DNA of 64,000 nucleotides, taken from the NCBI RefSeq assembly GCF_001194135.2, contig NC_068982.1, forward strand, positions 119,224,031 through 119,288,030, read 5' to 3'. The first letter of the stretch is position 1. The number at the start of each line of letters is the position of its first letter. The notes beneath the pieces are model-generated. The model had not been told where the DNA came from. It ran no database searches and was given only the letters and a program-made list of their open reading frames with translations. Made by a program: the position numbers and the translations under genes. This document shows, in pieces, positions 41,140 through 51,866 of this stretch. The DNA comes from Octopus bimaculoides. Its lineage: Eukaryota.

Positions 41140-42000
41140 TGATTCTGCGAAATACACAAGGAATAAATTATTAGTTGTCTGAATGTTGACCTTCTTTTGG
41201 CAATGCGAGCGTCACTTTCATTGTCAACGTTCACAGATCAACAGAGTGTGCTGCCGAGGTACGTGAACTCATCAGCAACCTTCAGGGGTTCCCCTTCACA
41301 GTGAGAATGGAATCCGCATACGGTCTCTGCTAGGTAGGTTGGTACAGGAATTCTGTCTTCTCAGTAGTGACTATGAGGCCAAAGTTGTTGCATGCAGTGG
41401 AAAAGCATTTCGATGTTACTTTGGCGTGTAATCTACAACCCAAGGGGCGATTAGTTTAAGTTCCTTTTTAGTTTACTTTTTAACTTCTAATTACCTTTAA
41501 CTTTTGGCTAAGGATTTTTTTTTACAATAAATTCCTATGTACATACTTTTGATGATGATAAAACCATGTCTATTTATGTCTTAATAATAAGAAACTAAGA
41601 ATTAACAATATGATAATTCAAATAAGCGCATAGATCACGCAAGTTGCCGCGAGTTTTGCAACGTAAATATGCTAACCTTTGAAGCTGAAGATCACACGCC
41701 AAAGTAGCACCAAACAGTTCACCATCTGCTGCATATAACCCTACATTGTGGCGTACAGTGCATTGTCGTCTACGAACAGATAGTCGCGCGCTGAGTTCTC
41801 TTCTGCTTCGGTATTGACCTGTAGATACTGCAGATTGAAGTGTTTGCCACCAGTCTTAATTTGACCGTGATTCAAGTTTCGGTTTCTCTGCAGAAGACGT
41901 CCAAGATTATGTCTGAGAACATCATGCTGGACAGCGTATTTGCGTGCGCTCAGCTCTGCTAGTCTCCGTTAGTGAGTGGAAATGTATTGGAAGAACCGCC
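41140..42000 (-). mobile_element. RTE-clade LINE RT fragments (interrupted ~41450-41680)
   Basis: The minus strand gives KTGGKHFNLQYLQVNTEAEENSARDYLFVDDNALYAT (compare RTDGKLFNLRRL..RDFLFADDCAL) and LKVADEFTYLGSTL..VNVDNESDARIAK. Confidence 0.8.
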
Positions 42001-42644
42001 ACTCACCTGTACTTGAGCGAGTATGCTGTTGTGAACCCATATAGATGAATTTGTCCGGGGCAAAATTTATAATCATGTACACTTGTATACATATCAGTCT
42101 TTATCATGTTTATCCTTCGCAACAGCATAAATATAGTAAACATCAGATAACTGCGTTCATGGATATAATTAATCATTTTGGAACAGTACAAGCAAAGCGT
42201 CTTCGTTCGCACACAGAATCATGAGCTGAATACGGCACACACACAGACAGTCACACCCACTTGAGCACATCACCGCTAGCACACACACATACATCCACAT
42301 CTACACCACTCCCTACAAAAAGTACAACATTTAGTCTATCTCCTAGGGCTTTGGAAATAAAATGCAGCTTCACTCTAAAAAAATGTATACTCAATATTTT
42401 TAAAAATTGTATGAAAACGATTTTGAAAATTAACATTGGCTGTAGATGAAATAATATACAGAGTAGATTAATGAGAATTTATCAGTCACGTTTCTATTTT
42501 GTAATTTTTACGTTGTCAGTTCATATAACACTTTTGTCAAATTTCGGTTTGTTGTTAATGTAAAATGCTATAGTTTCTAAAATATATGGCTTTATGTCAA
42601 TATCATATTAAAGCAATTCATCTATTCTTTTTACATTTTTTCAG

Positions 42645-42740
42645 ATACATATATTCTTTTATAATGCCGAGCTCTATCCAAATTTCTCAGACAGTATACG
42701 TGCACCTCATGGAATAGCTGCGCTTTCACTCCTGGTAAAG
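42645..42740 (+). CDS. CA10: Next coding exon of the CA10/CARP-X-like gene
   Basis: Acceptor ttttacattttttcAG (42643-42644) and donor AAG|gtgagt. The 96 nt (phase 0/0) translate to IHIFFYNAELYPNFSDSIRAPHGIAALSLLVK. This continues in frame from ...FVAE and parallels recalled CA10 [32 protein letters not shown]. It is too short to appear in the ORF track. Confidence 0.9.
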
Positions 42741-43033
42741 GTGAGTCAATTTGCATTTGTTTTTCGTCATTCACAGAAAGGAAATATTTGGGGCGTCTTG
42801 ATTGCAACGCCTTCAAGTCCTGTAAATCGCGTGCAGAGCACGTGCTGAAACCCTTAAAAGGTACGCAGGAAAAACAAGTTTGTACAATACGGCAACTTAT
42901 TTACTAAAACGAAAGAGCCCAACGAAATACCGAAGCAAGATAATGGCCTAATAATTTCGTCATATATTACTATTTACATACAGTCATATATATGCATATA
43001 TATACATTATGCTCACACACACACACACACACA

Positions 43034-43066
<33 letters not shown>

Positions 43067-43396
43067 AAAAACACACACACATATTTATATATATCCAATA
43101 TAGGTAGAATCAAGCAAACCAAGTACTTCATCCAGTGAGAGATAAATATCAATTTAATACACAACCGAAAGTGCTACTAATGGTTTCATGCTTTTATGAT
43201 GCTTGCTTTGAAATACAAGGCGTATTTTATAAATGTACCTAGTTAAAGTATCATAAAAGCATAAAATTATTAGTATCTCTTCCTGTTGTGTATGAAATTT
43301 ATTTTTATATCTATATATATGCATGTATGTGTATATGTGTGCTTGTATGTGTGCGCGTATTATGTATGTATGTATGTATGAATGTATGTATGTATG

Positions 43397-43428
<32 letters not shown>

Positions 43429-43433
43429 TATAT

Positions 43434-43515
43434 TAGCAACAAACAAAATGAGGACAAATATCCGTCAAATGTAAATAGTGTACATAATTCCTCATCTCTT
43501 AAATATAAAACTGTA
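43434..43515 (+). mobile_element. Isolated 3' tail of the hammerhead-bearing SINE, following a TA run
   Basis: caacaaacaaaatgaggacaaatatccgtcaaatgtaaata..gtacataattcctcatctcttaa matches 44000-44060 and 53283-53346. Confidence 0.75.
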
Positions 43516-43769
43516 GTACATACATATATACATACAAACAGATGATATATATGTACTCATGTATAGATATATGTTTTAGAAAAAAAAATCGCAAAGCAAC
43601 GAGATACTTCGGAATACCTGTGAATGATATGTATTCTCTATAGCCTTAAATCCAATAATTCTTTGCGTGAGGATTATCTCCTCGAAGAAATTGTCCTGTT
43701 GTTGTCATTTATTCATTCTGGGTTGCAATAAACCTTTATTACAAATTGAACGTTGGAGGGAAATGCCTA

Positions 43770-43853
43770 CGACATATGGCGTAGTGGTTAAGAGCGCGGG
43801 ATAGTAACCCCGAGATTCCGAGTTCGATTCCAGGCAGTGACGTGAATAATAAA

Positions 43854-43888
<35 letters not shown>

Positions 43889-44060
43889 CAACAACAACAA
43901 CAATATCAAAAAATACCTTATGAATGAGAACCCTGGATCGAAATTTCTCCAAGCCACCTGATGAAGGCTGGAGGGAATATCAGCCAAAATGCTGTGTTAA
44001 CAACAAACAAGATGAGGACAAATATCCGTCAATTGTAAATAATGTAAATAATGTAAACAA
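43770..44060 (+). mobile_element. tRNA-headed SINE with (AAT/AAC)n linker and a hammerhead-like tail
   Basis: A box TGGCGTAGTGG at 43777-43787 and B box GAGTTCGATTCC at 43820-43831. The microsatellite spans ~43845-43903. CTGATGA (43958-43964) is followed by a GGCTG/CAGCC stem, then AAAATG in place of GAAACG, then the shared tail. Confidence 0.8.
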
Positions 44061-44433
44061 GTATGTATGTATGTATGTATGTAGGTAGGTACGTATGTCT
44101 ACGTTAGCGCTTCTATGCATGTGATCATACAAAAATACGCGTGTTCGGCTGGCTGTTGTTATAGTTGTGTAAAGTGGCATACAATATCATACGTACTCTC
44201 CACTATGATACAGGATTTTACCATAGTTATTAGGCAATAACTGTTCTTGACATATTCATTTAATGTTTATTAAACTTCAGAATTTGTAGCGATTTATACA
44301 ATCTTATTACTGGTGAAAACATTAAACGAGTGTAAACACCGAAAGAAACACGAAAACAGACTCTTACAAATATACATGTATGAGGGAAATTTTCACACAT
44401 GTACGCAAACATGCACACTCATCCATGTGTATG

Positions 44434-44474
<41 letters not shown>

Positions 44475-45490
44475 NNNNNNNNNNNNNNNNNNNNNNNNNN
44501 NNNNNNNNNNNNNNNNNNNNNNNNNNNNNNNNNNNNNNNNNNNNNNNNNNNNNNNNNNNNNNNNNNNNNNNNNNNNNNNNNNNNNNNNNNNNNNNNNNNN
44601 NNNNNNNNNNNNNNNNNNNNNNNNNNNNNNNNNNNNNNNNNNNNNNNNNNNNNNNNNNNNNNNNNNNNNNNNNNNNNNNNNNNNNNNNNNNNNNNNNNNN
44701 NNNNNNNNNNNNNNNNNNNNNNNNNNNNNNNNNNNNNNNNNNNNNNNNNNNNNNNNNNNNNNNNNNNNNNNNNNNNNNNNNNNNNNNNNNNNNNNNNNNN
44801 NNNNNNNNNNNNNNNNNNNNNNNNNNNNNNNNNNNNNNNNNNNNNNNNNNNNNNNNNNNNNNNNNNNNNNNNNNNNNNNNNNNNNNNNNNNNNNNNNNNN
44901 NNNNNNNNNNNNNNNNNNNNNNNNNNNNNNNNNNNNNNNNNNNNNNNNNNNNNNNNNNNNNNNNNNNNNNNNNNNNNNNNNNNNNNNNNNNNNNNNNNNN
45001 NNNNNNNNNNNNNNNNNNNNNNNNNNNNNNTATATATATATATATATGCATGGTAATGAATATTTAGTTGCTTGTATAGTTGTTGGGATTGTTTTATAAT
45101 TAACATAATTAAGCTATAGTCCTGTGATAAATACATTTATTTTTTAATGGTGCATTTATTATTTGTACCTTAATATCTGATGTGCAGTTATTTTATATAT
45201 TCCTTAATTACCGAATATTCGAACAGTTCCCCAAAATTCGTTATTTCATAAATTAGTAACGAGGGAATATGTTTTAGTAATAAATACGGTGTTGTTTCAA
45301 ATAAAACGTACATTGTGTGCGTATGCGTGTGTGTGTGCGTGTGCGCGCGTATGCGTGTAGATGTATTTTATTTTTAATCGGCAGGTGTTATAGTCACACA
45401 GCACATCCATACACCCATATACACATATTCACATGTAAATATGCTTATATACGGGTGTGAATGTGTGACTGTATAATAAGCGAAATTGTG

Positions 45491-45527
<37 letters not shown>

Positions 45528-45599
45528 GTCTATCTATCTATCTGTCTATATATATTTACGATATTTTAGTCTATTTGCGATATTTTAAATAGACTAAAT

Positions 45600-47100
45600 G
45601 ATGCCCTTGCCATCTTAGTGTTGCCTGCATCGAGAGTGGATTCAGGGTTTGTAGAGACACTGTGGATCTGGTTTTAACAGCTGCAGAAAAATGCTCGTGA
45701 ACACAACTGAGACCACTTTGTCAATTTTGTACATCTAGCTAAAGCTTTCGACACCGTATCTTTTGGTTGTCCTTAGAAAGCTAAGTGCTCCAAAATAGAT
45801 ACTCATTGTCATAAGTTCTTTCTATGAAGGATGATAATTTATGTCAGATCTAGCGGGGAAGTGTCCAGTTCAGTCACAGTCTCAGATGGGACAAAACAAG
45901 GCTGTGTTCTTACACCACTCCTATTTGTTATGTATTTCACCGTCATGTTGGAAACAGCTATCGAGTGTGTTAAAGAAGGAGTGTAGTTTGAGCACAGAAT
46001 TAGCGGTGGCTTGTTGAACCAACAGCGATTCAAAACAAAAACGAAGACTTTGGAGCAAACAGTTCGACATGTGCACTCCGCAGACGATTGTGCGCTTGTA
46101 ATTCACACTCTTGAGGAAATTCAATGCTTTCAAAACAAATCACCGCTTGCATCGAAGGCCTTTGATCTGACCATCAGCATAAAGAAAAATGCGCTTGTCC
46201 ATTAGTCCATTCATGACCATCTTCCAGCTGTTGCGCCTATGGTCCTATGTGTTGGTGGGAAATCATTAAAAACTGTTTCCTCCTTCACTTATCATTGTTC
46301 TATTGTTTCCAATGATGCGAAAAGGGAAAACAAAATCGAGTCCAGAATCGGGAAGACTAGCTCCGCTTTCGATACCCTTTATCATAAGCTATAGAACAGC
46401 CACGACGTATTGTTGAAGGGGAAATCTAATGTATATAAGTCGTTCGTCTTGACAACATTACTTTGTGGTGATGAGTCTTAGGCTGTGTACTGAAAGCACA
46501 TCAATGAGCTTGATGCTTTTCGTATGCGATGCTTGCCTGCTATCTCCAGCATAAAAGCGAGCGAACATATTCATAATAGTGTGGTACTTACGAAATGCTT
46601 ACAAAATACATCATGTATTGAGCCATCCTCATCAAAATACAACTTAGATGATTAGGTCATGTCTCACGTATGACTGATATCAAAGCAACTTCTCTTTGAC
46701 CAATTCTTAATAAGAAGGTCATTTGGTAGACCACTATTGCGCTTCAAAGACAAACTGAAACGATGCAACATTCCCCTTACCTCCTGGAAAACAAAGCATC
46801 AGAACACAGGATCTGGTGCCAGTCCTGCTTTTCCTCAGTTCGAAAATTTGAATAAAATCGATTCCTACACCGAAACCAACTTCGTGCAAGCACGAAAGCA
46901 CGCTGGCAGAACACTTCTCTTCTAAATGGAAAACTTACCTGTCATTACAGTTTTGTGGCACGAAGCAAATTAGGTCCAGCCGTCTAATAAAAAAAAGCAC
47001 ATAGTAAATAATCCACAGGCACCCAAGCAAACTGAGTCCTCAACTTGTTCTATTTGCCAAAAGGTTTGCAAGGCACCAGCAGGCCTCAACAACTCATTTG
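45600..47100 (+). mobile_element. RTE-clade (BovB-like) LINE, decayed RT and C-terminus
   Basis: Peptides in order: GFRVCRDTVDLV, AKAFDTV, DGTKQGCVLTPLLF, GGLLNQQRFKTKTK..HSADDCAL, ESRIGKTSSAF, RFKDKLKRCNIP. There are many stops and frameshifts. Confidence 0.9.
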
Positions 47101-47124
47101 TCGTCTACGATAAGAGAATCTATC

Positions 47125-47163
<39 letters not shown>

Positions 47164-48061
47164 GTATGTATGTATGTATGATGAATGTGTATTTGTTCTC
47201 TTAAGCATCAGCTGAAGAAACCTATATCAACGTGACGATGATACGTCTTTCCTTTTAATATTTAGTTGTTTTATGAATTAATATCCCTTCCATGTACACT
47301 CAAAATATCTTTCGGCCATTAGATTTACACGTTATATTTGTCCGTGTTCGGTGGTGTAAATATGATGGAGACCTACTTTTTTGATCTTACAAGATATGGG
47401 ATACAATACAATCAAGCGAAGTAAAAATGAATCCCAATGTTCGGGATCAAAGATTCTATCCCATACGGTGCGTGATGTATGGGGTTTGGAATTGGGTTGT
47501 TTGTGCAATTGATAGCGAGAGTGCTTGGAGAATGGTGCGAGAATATATTTCACATTATATAAATGACGTACCGTTTAGGGAATATTGACATATATGAACC
47601 AATCTTCTGAAAACGTCAAATGATTCAAGGACCATTCATATGTTTTACTACTTCGTGGCAATGTTCAATAATAATTATATCTTCTAAATGTGGTAAAAAA
47701 TCACAGAATGTTCAGTAAATCATTTCGAACTAAGGAATGGTGTACCTATTATGTAACGATAGTAGGTACTGTGATAAGATTTTTGGTAAAAATGGCAGGA
47801 AATCGGCCACAATACTTACCTAATGTGGTTTTTATATATTGGCCATGGACACAATGATAACCATATCTTAGATCCACCTTTAAAGATCAGAGTCTACGTA
47901 TGAGTATGTAACTCGTAGCACTTTTAGCAGCGAAATTATGAAATAAATCGTAGTAAGTACTTGTGTACCTTCAATTTTCAATTTCTAATGCTAAAATGTT
48001 CAATGTTTGTTTCATTTCTCTTTAGTCAATTAATATGTATCAACCAAAAAATTTGGCGTAC

Positions 48062-48983
48062 TTACATATATATAACCCGCTGTTGTATCTGATTTTGTTC
48101 CATATGTGAAATACTTTCCACAAACAAAAGCTTAGTGCATTATTACTGGCATGGAAGTAACACTTTCGCTTCCAGATAACTAATTAAAATGTTAATCCGA
48201 TATTTGTACTTAATTATTTACCTTTATAAACTGAAATAATTAAAAGTTGAATTAGTTTGTTTCTTTCCAAAACAAAGCAATGACTTGCTTGAGAAACTAA
48301 AAATAAATTAATACAAGTGGAATATTTGGGGGGAAATTATATTTGATAACTTTGAAATAGTTTGCAATACTATTTGATAACTTTGAAATAGTTAGCAATA
48401 TTAAATTATCGACGCGTTTAAAACTCAAGAAATTCGAGAAGGAAATCAAGTAGAAATTAAGTTTAAATACCTACTCACTGAAGTCTCTATAAATCAACCG
48501 GCTACTATTTAGCGTACACAAGTTTTAGCATATTTAATTCAGATTAAATATGCTGAATTTTGTGTACGTTAAATAGTAGCCGCTTGAATCTTAGAGACTT
48601 CAGTGAGTAGGTATTTAAACTTAATTTCTATTTGATTTCCTTTTCGAATTTCTTGAGTTTTAAACGCATCGATAGTTTAGTATTGCAAACTATTTCAAAG
48701 TTATCAAATATATTTACTCCAAATATTCCACTTGTGTTATTTTATTTTTAGCTTCTCAAGCAAGACATTGCTTTGTTTTGGAAAGAAACAAACTAATTCA
48801 ACTTATAATTATTTCAGTTTATAAAGGTAAATAATTAAGTACAAATATCGGATTAATATTTTAAATTATCTGAAAGCGAAAGTGTTACTTCCATGTCGGT
48901 ATTAATGCACTAAGCTTTTGTTTATGGAAAGTATTTCACATATGGAACAAAACCAGATATAGCAGCGGGTTATATATATGTAA
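48062..48983. mobile_element. ~920-bp palindromic (foldback) element
   Basis: The arms 48062-48538 and 48543-48983 are reverse complements around a 4-nt loop (tcag). The left arm carries an extra 31-bp tandem duplication (48340-48401). Confidence 0.9.
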
Positions 48984-50160
48984 CCCGTTGTGAAATTATT
49001 TTGGGATTTGCGCCAAATATTGTGGCTAGTTTAGCGAAGTCTTAAATGATCTATCAGTGGTACACGTGACATTGATTTTTTATTCAGTTCTTTGACTTTG
49101 CATAAGTTTTTATTGAAAAATTATATATTATCATGCACTATTAATGAAGGGATACGTTCTAAAGCTTTGCAAATTAGTACTATAAAAGAAAGTGTCATTT
49201 TATTTATATGCAAAATAGAATTTAGTATATAATACTTTTCCTAAAACGTACTAAAATATATATCGTATGCCTGTAACTAACCCTAATGAACTGTACAAAT
49301 TTAATAGAAAGAATGCGTTGCAATGCGTATCTAGAATAATATGTAGTTGGTTGAGTTTTAGCACTACTCCTGTTGCATGATTTTAAAATAAGATGAATTT
49401 CCCCTATGCTTCAACAATTATGCAATAGAACGAATTTTCTTCTATACTACAAGCAATATCAAAATAGAATTTTCGTCTTAATTGGTGCGATCAATCTATC
49501 GATCTGCATTCAGAGAACTGCCTTAAAGGATCTGAAGCAAAAACAGCATATATCACCAAATCTATAATAAACAAAAACAATACAAAAAAAAGTATCCATA
49601 ACAAATCGAAAGAAAAGATTAATACATCAAGAATAAAAATATACAAGAAAACAATTGCAAGTGAAAATACCTTATTCTACATAAAATTTTAAAATACAAG
49701 TAAGAAATAACCTCCAACAAATGCCAACCACATTTTGAATAAAGAAAACATCAACAATAGAAGCACCAAAGAACAATGTAAAACAAAAGATGCAACAAAA
49801 TTTAAAAAATCTAACACACCAATAACAATTATATTTAACAATAACTCGGCTAGGAAAACAACAGCACCACCAGTGAACATAGCTTATCTGTATTATAATT
49901 GATATCAAATAGAAACCAAAAAGTTTAGAGTTGAAATAATCATTCCTAGACAATTACACAACAGCTATTTCTTTCATTATCAAACACGTGAAGGTTACGA
50001 AACAATTATCGTATCGATTTCAAGCAATTCGATCACATCAGCAATATTTTACACATTTTGTAACCTTTCCCTGGAATAATATTTTATATTTGAAGCAAAC
50101 AAATGAAATTTTACAGAATTCAATTTCCAAGATACTGAGGATATTCATATACATATTTTT

Positions 50161-50355
50161 GAGATGGCAAAATCGTTAGCACGAATAAAACGTTTAACAG
50201 CATTTGGTTCTGAGTTCAAATACTCCAGAGGTCGACTTTCTCTTTCATCCATTCGGTGTCGATGAAATAAGTACCAGTTGAGTATTGGAGTCGATGTAAT
50301 AAATTTACTCCACCCTCCAAACTGTTGGCATTGTGCCAACATTTTAAAGCAATAT
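50161..50355 (+). mobile_element. SINE family B copy
   Basis: tggcaaaatcgttagcacg..gttctgagttcaaat..c.gaggtcgacttt..ctttcatcc.ttcgg.gtcgat.aaataagtaccagttgag...tgg.gtcgatgtaat. Confidence 0.85.
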
Positions 50356-51833
50356 TTTGAACCTCCATGCAATATTAAATCATTTACGTGTGATTATGTA
50401 TGTGTGTGTATAAATGTCTATATGCATGTGTGTTTGTGCGTATGCATGTATAGCAAACAACATAAACTCTAAACAAAAAATATGCATAAAAATAACATCA
50501 GCTTACACTTTCTTATGATTGTGGAGAAAGAGTAGAAGCGAAGATAAAGTAAGAAAGTAAAAAAAAAAAACAAGAGACAACTGAGAAATCTTTTCCACAA
50601 TAAAGAATCCTTGTTGTACTGGGCTAAATATTTGGACGCTGGCGAGTCGGATATGTGAAACAGGCCAATGACGTATTTTCTGGTGGAAGAGCAATAGAAC
50701 GACAGTGATGTGAGTATTTGCGCATATATGTATTTGTGTATAAATAGCATGGAGAAGAGGCATGTGTTTATGTTTGTGTAATTCTAATGTATGCACAACT
50801 TCGAGTGCGATCGCAGAATTGTGCTTGTCATATTGTATTGTGTCTGTGCTTATGTGACTCTTTAAGTGCTTAATACCTGAAGGGACAACAATGGGATGGA
50901 CAGTCCACAGACGTCGACATTTTGCGTGAATGTGTGCATGTGTATACATGTGTTTGCATGATTCTATTTCATGTAAACGTTTCTGTTCGTAGATGTTGAG
51001 TGGAATCCAGAAATGAGTAGGCAAACTGAAATGTGGATATGTATTTTTTGAATTAATATACGTTATCTTATTAATGGTGGAACGTGTGTGGGTGAGTCTT
51101 TAGTCTCCGTGATATGTGTTTATAGTAGAATTTCGATGAACATTGAGGGTGAACAGAGGCCGAATAGGTGTGCTTTAGGGAAGACTAAATAAATCGCAAC
51201 CGTAATATGTATTGAAGAGTTCATTTTGAATTCTTGATTTCTTCAATTTCGTCAATCGGCACATAAAATGGATCCAAAGTGGGTTAGTATTCCTCTCGTA
51301 CAAATTTAATCTCGTGCAAGCACTATATTCGACCGATCTTGGTCATGTGATTGATAAGCTTTAATAATGTTGAAGATTAAATACAGAGTAATCGATGTAA
51401 TCCAAATATGAGTTCAAATAACAAAGGCATTTCAAATAATTGAACTTATTGAAGTAATAACATTTCATAAAAGTTGAAACGTTATTATCGCAGAATGTTA
51501 TAGGATGACAATCTAATATTTCTAAGGCAGAGGTCGTTAAACTTTGCGTATGTGTACGTGTTATTCTGGCTGAGTGTGCTGTTGTGTGTGTGTATACATT
51601 TGTATACAAACACACACATAAACACACACATACGTACGCAAACACACATACACACACACAAACGTACATATATGTACTTATATAGAACGTTCTCAGTTCA
51701 AATTTCACCGAAGTTTACTTTGCAATTCATGCTTGTGGGCTCGATAAAATAAGCACCACTTAAGTACTGTATTCTATGGAATCGGCTAGCTCCTTCCCAC
51801 AAACCCATAATACCTGACTTTCCGTCTATACTA

Positions 51834-51866
<33 letters not shown>

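Larger units (their letters stand above)
3457..42644 (+). other. Phase-0 GT-AG intron (39,188 bp) between the two CA10-like exons
   Basis: GT at 3457, AG at 42643-42644, and the joined exons read in frame (AE|IH). An extra exon hidden in one of the N-gaps cannot be excluded. Confidence 0.82.

Noticed and set aside
43770-43840. Possible real tRNA gene
   Set aside because: A and B boxes are present, but there is no convincing acceptor stem or oligo-T terminator and it runs into the SINE body, so it is a SINE head.
47212-47247. CTGAAGA...GATACGTC as another hammerhead
   Set aside because: The GAAA is mutated and neither stem I nor stem II pairs convincingly.
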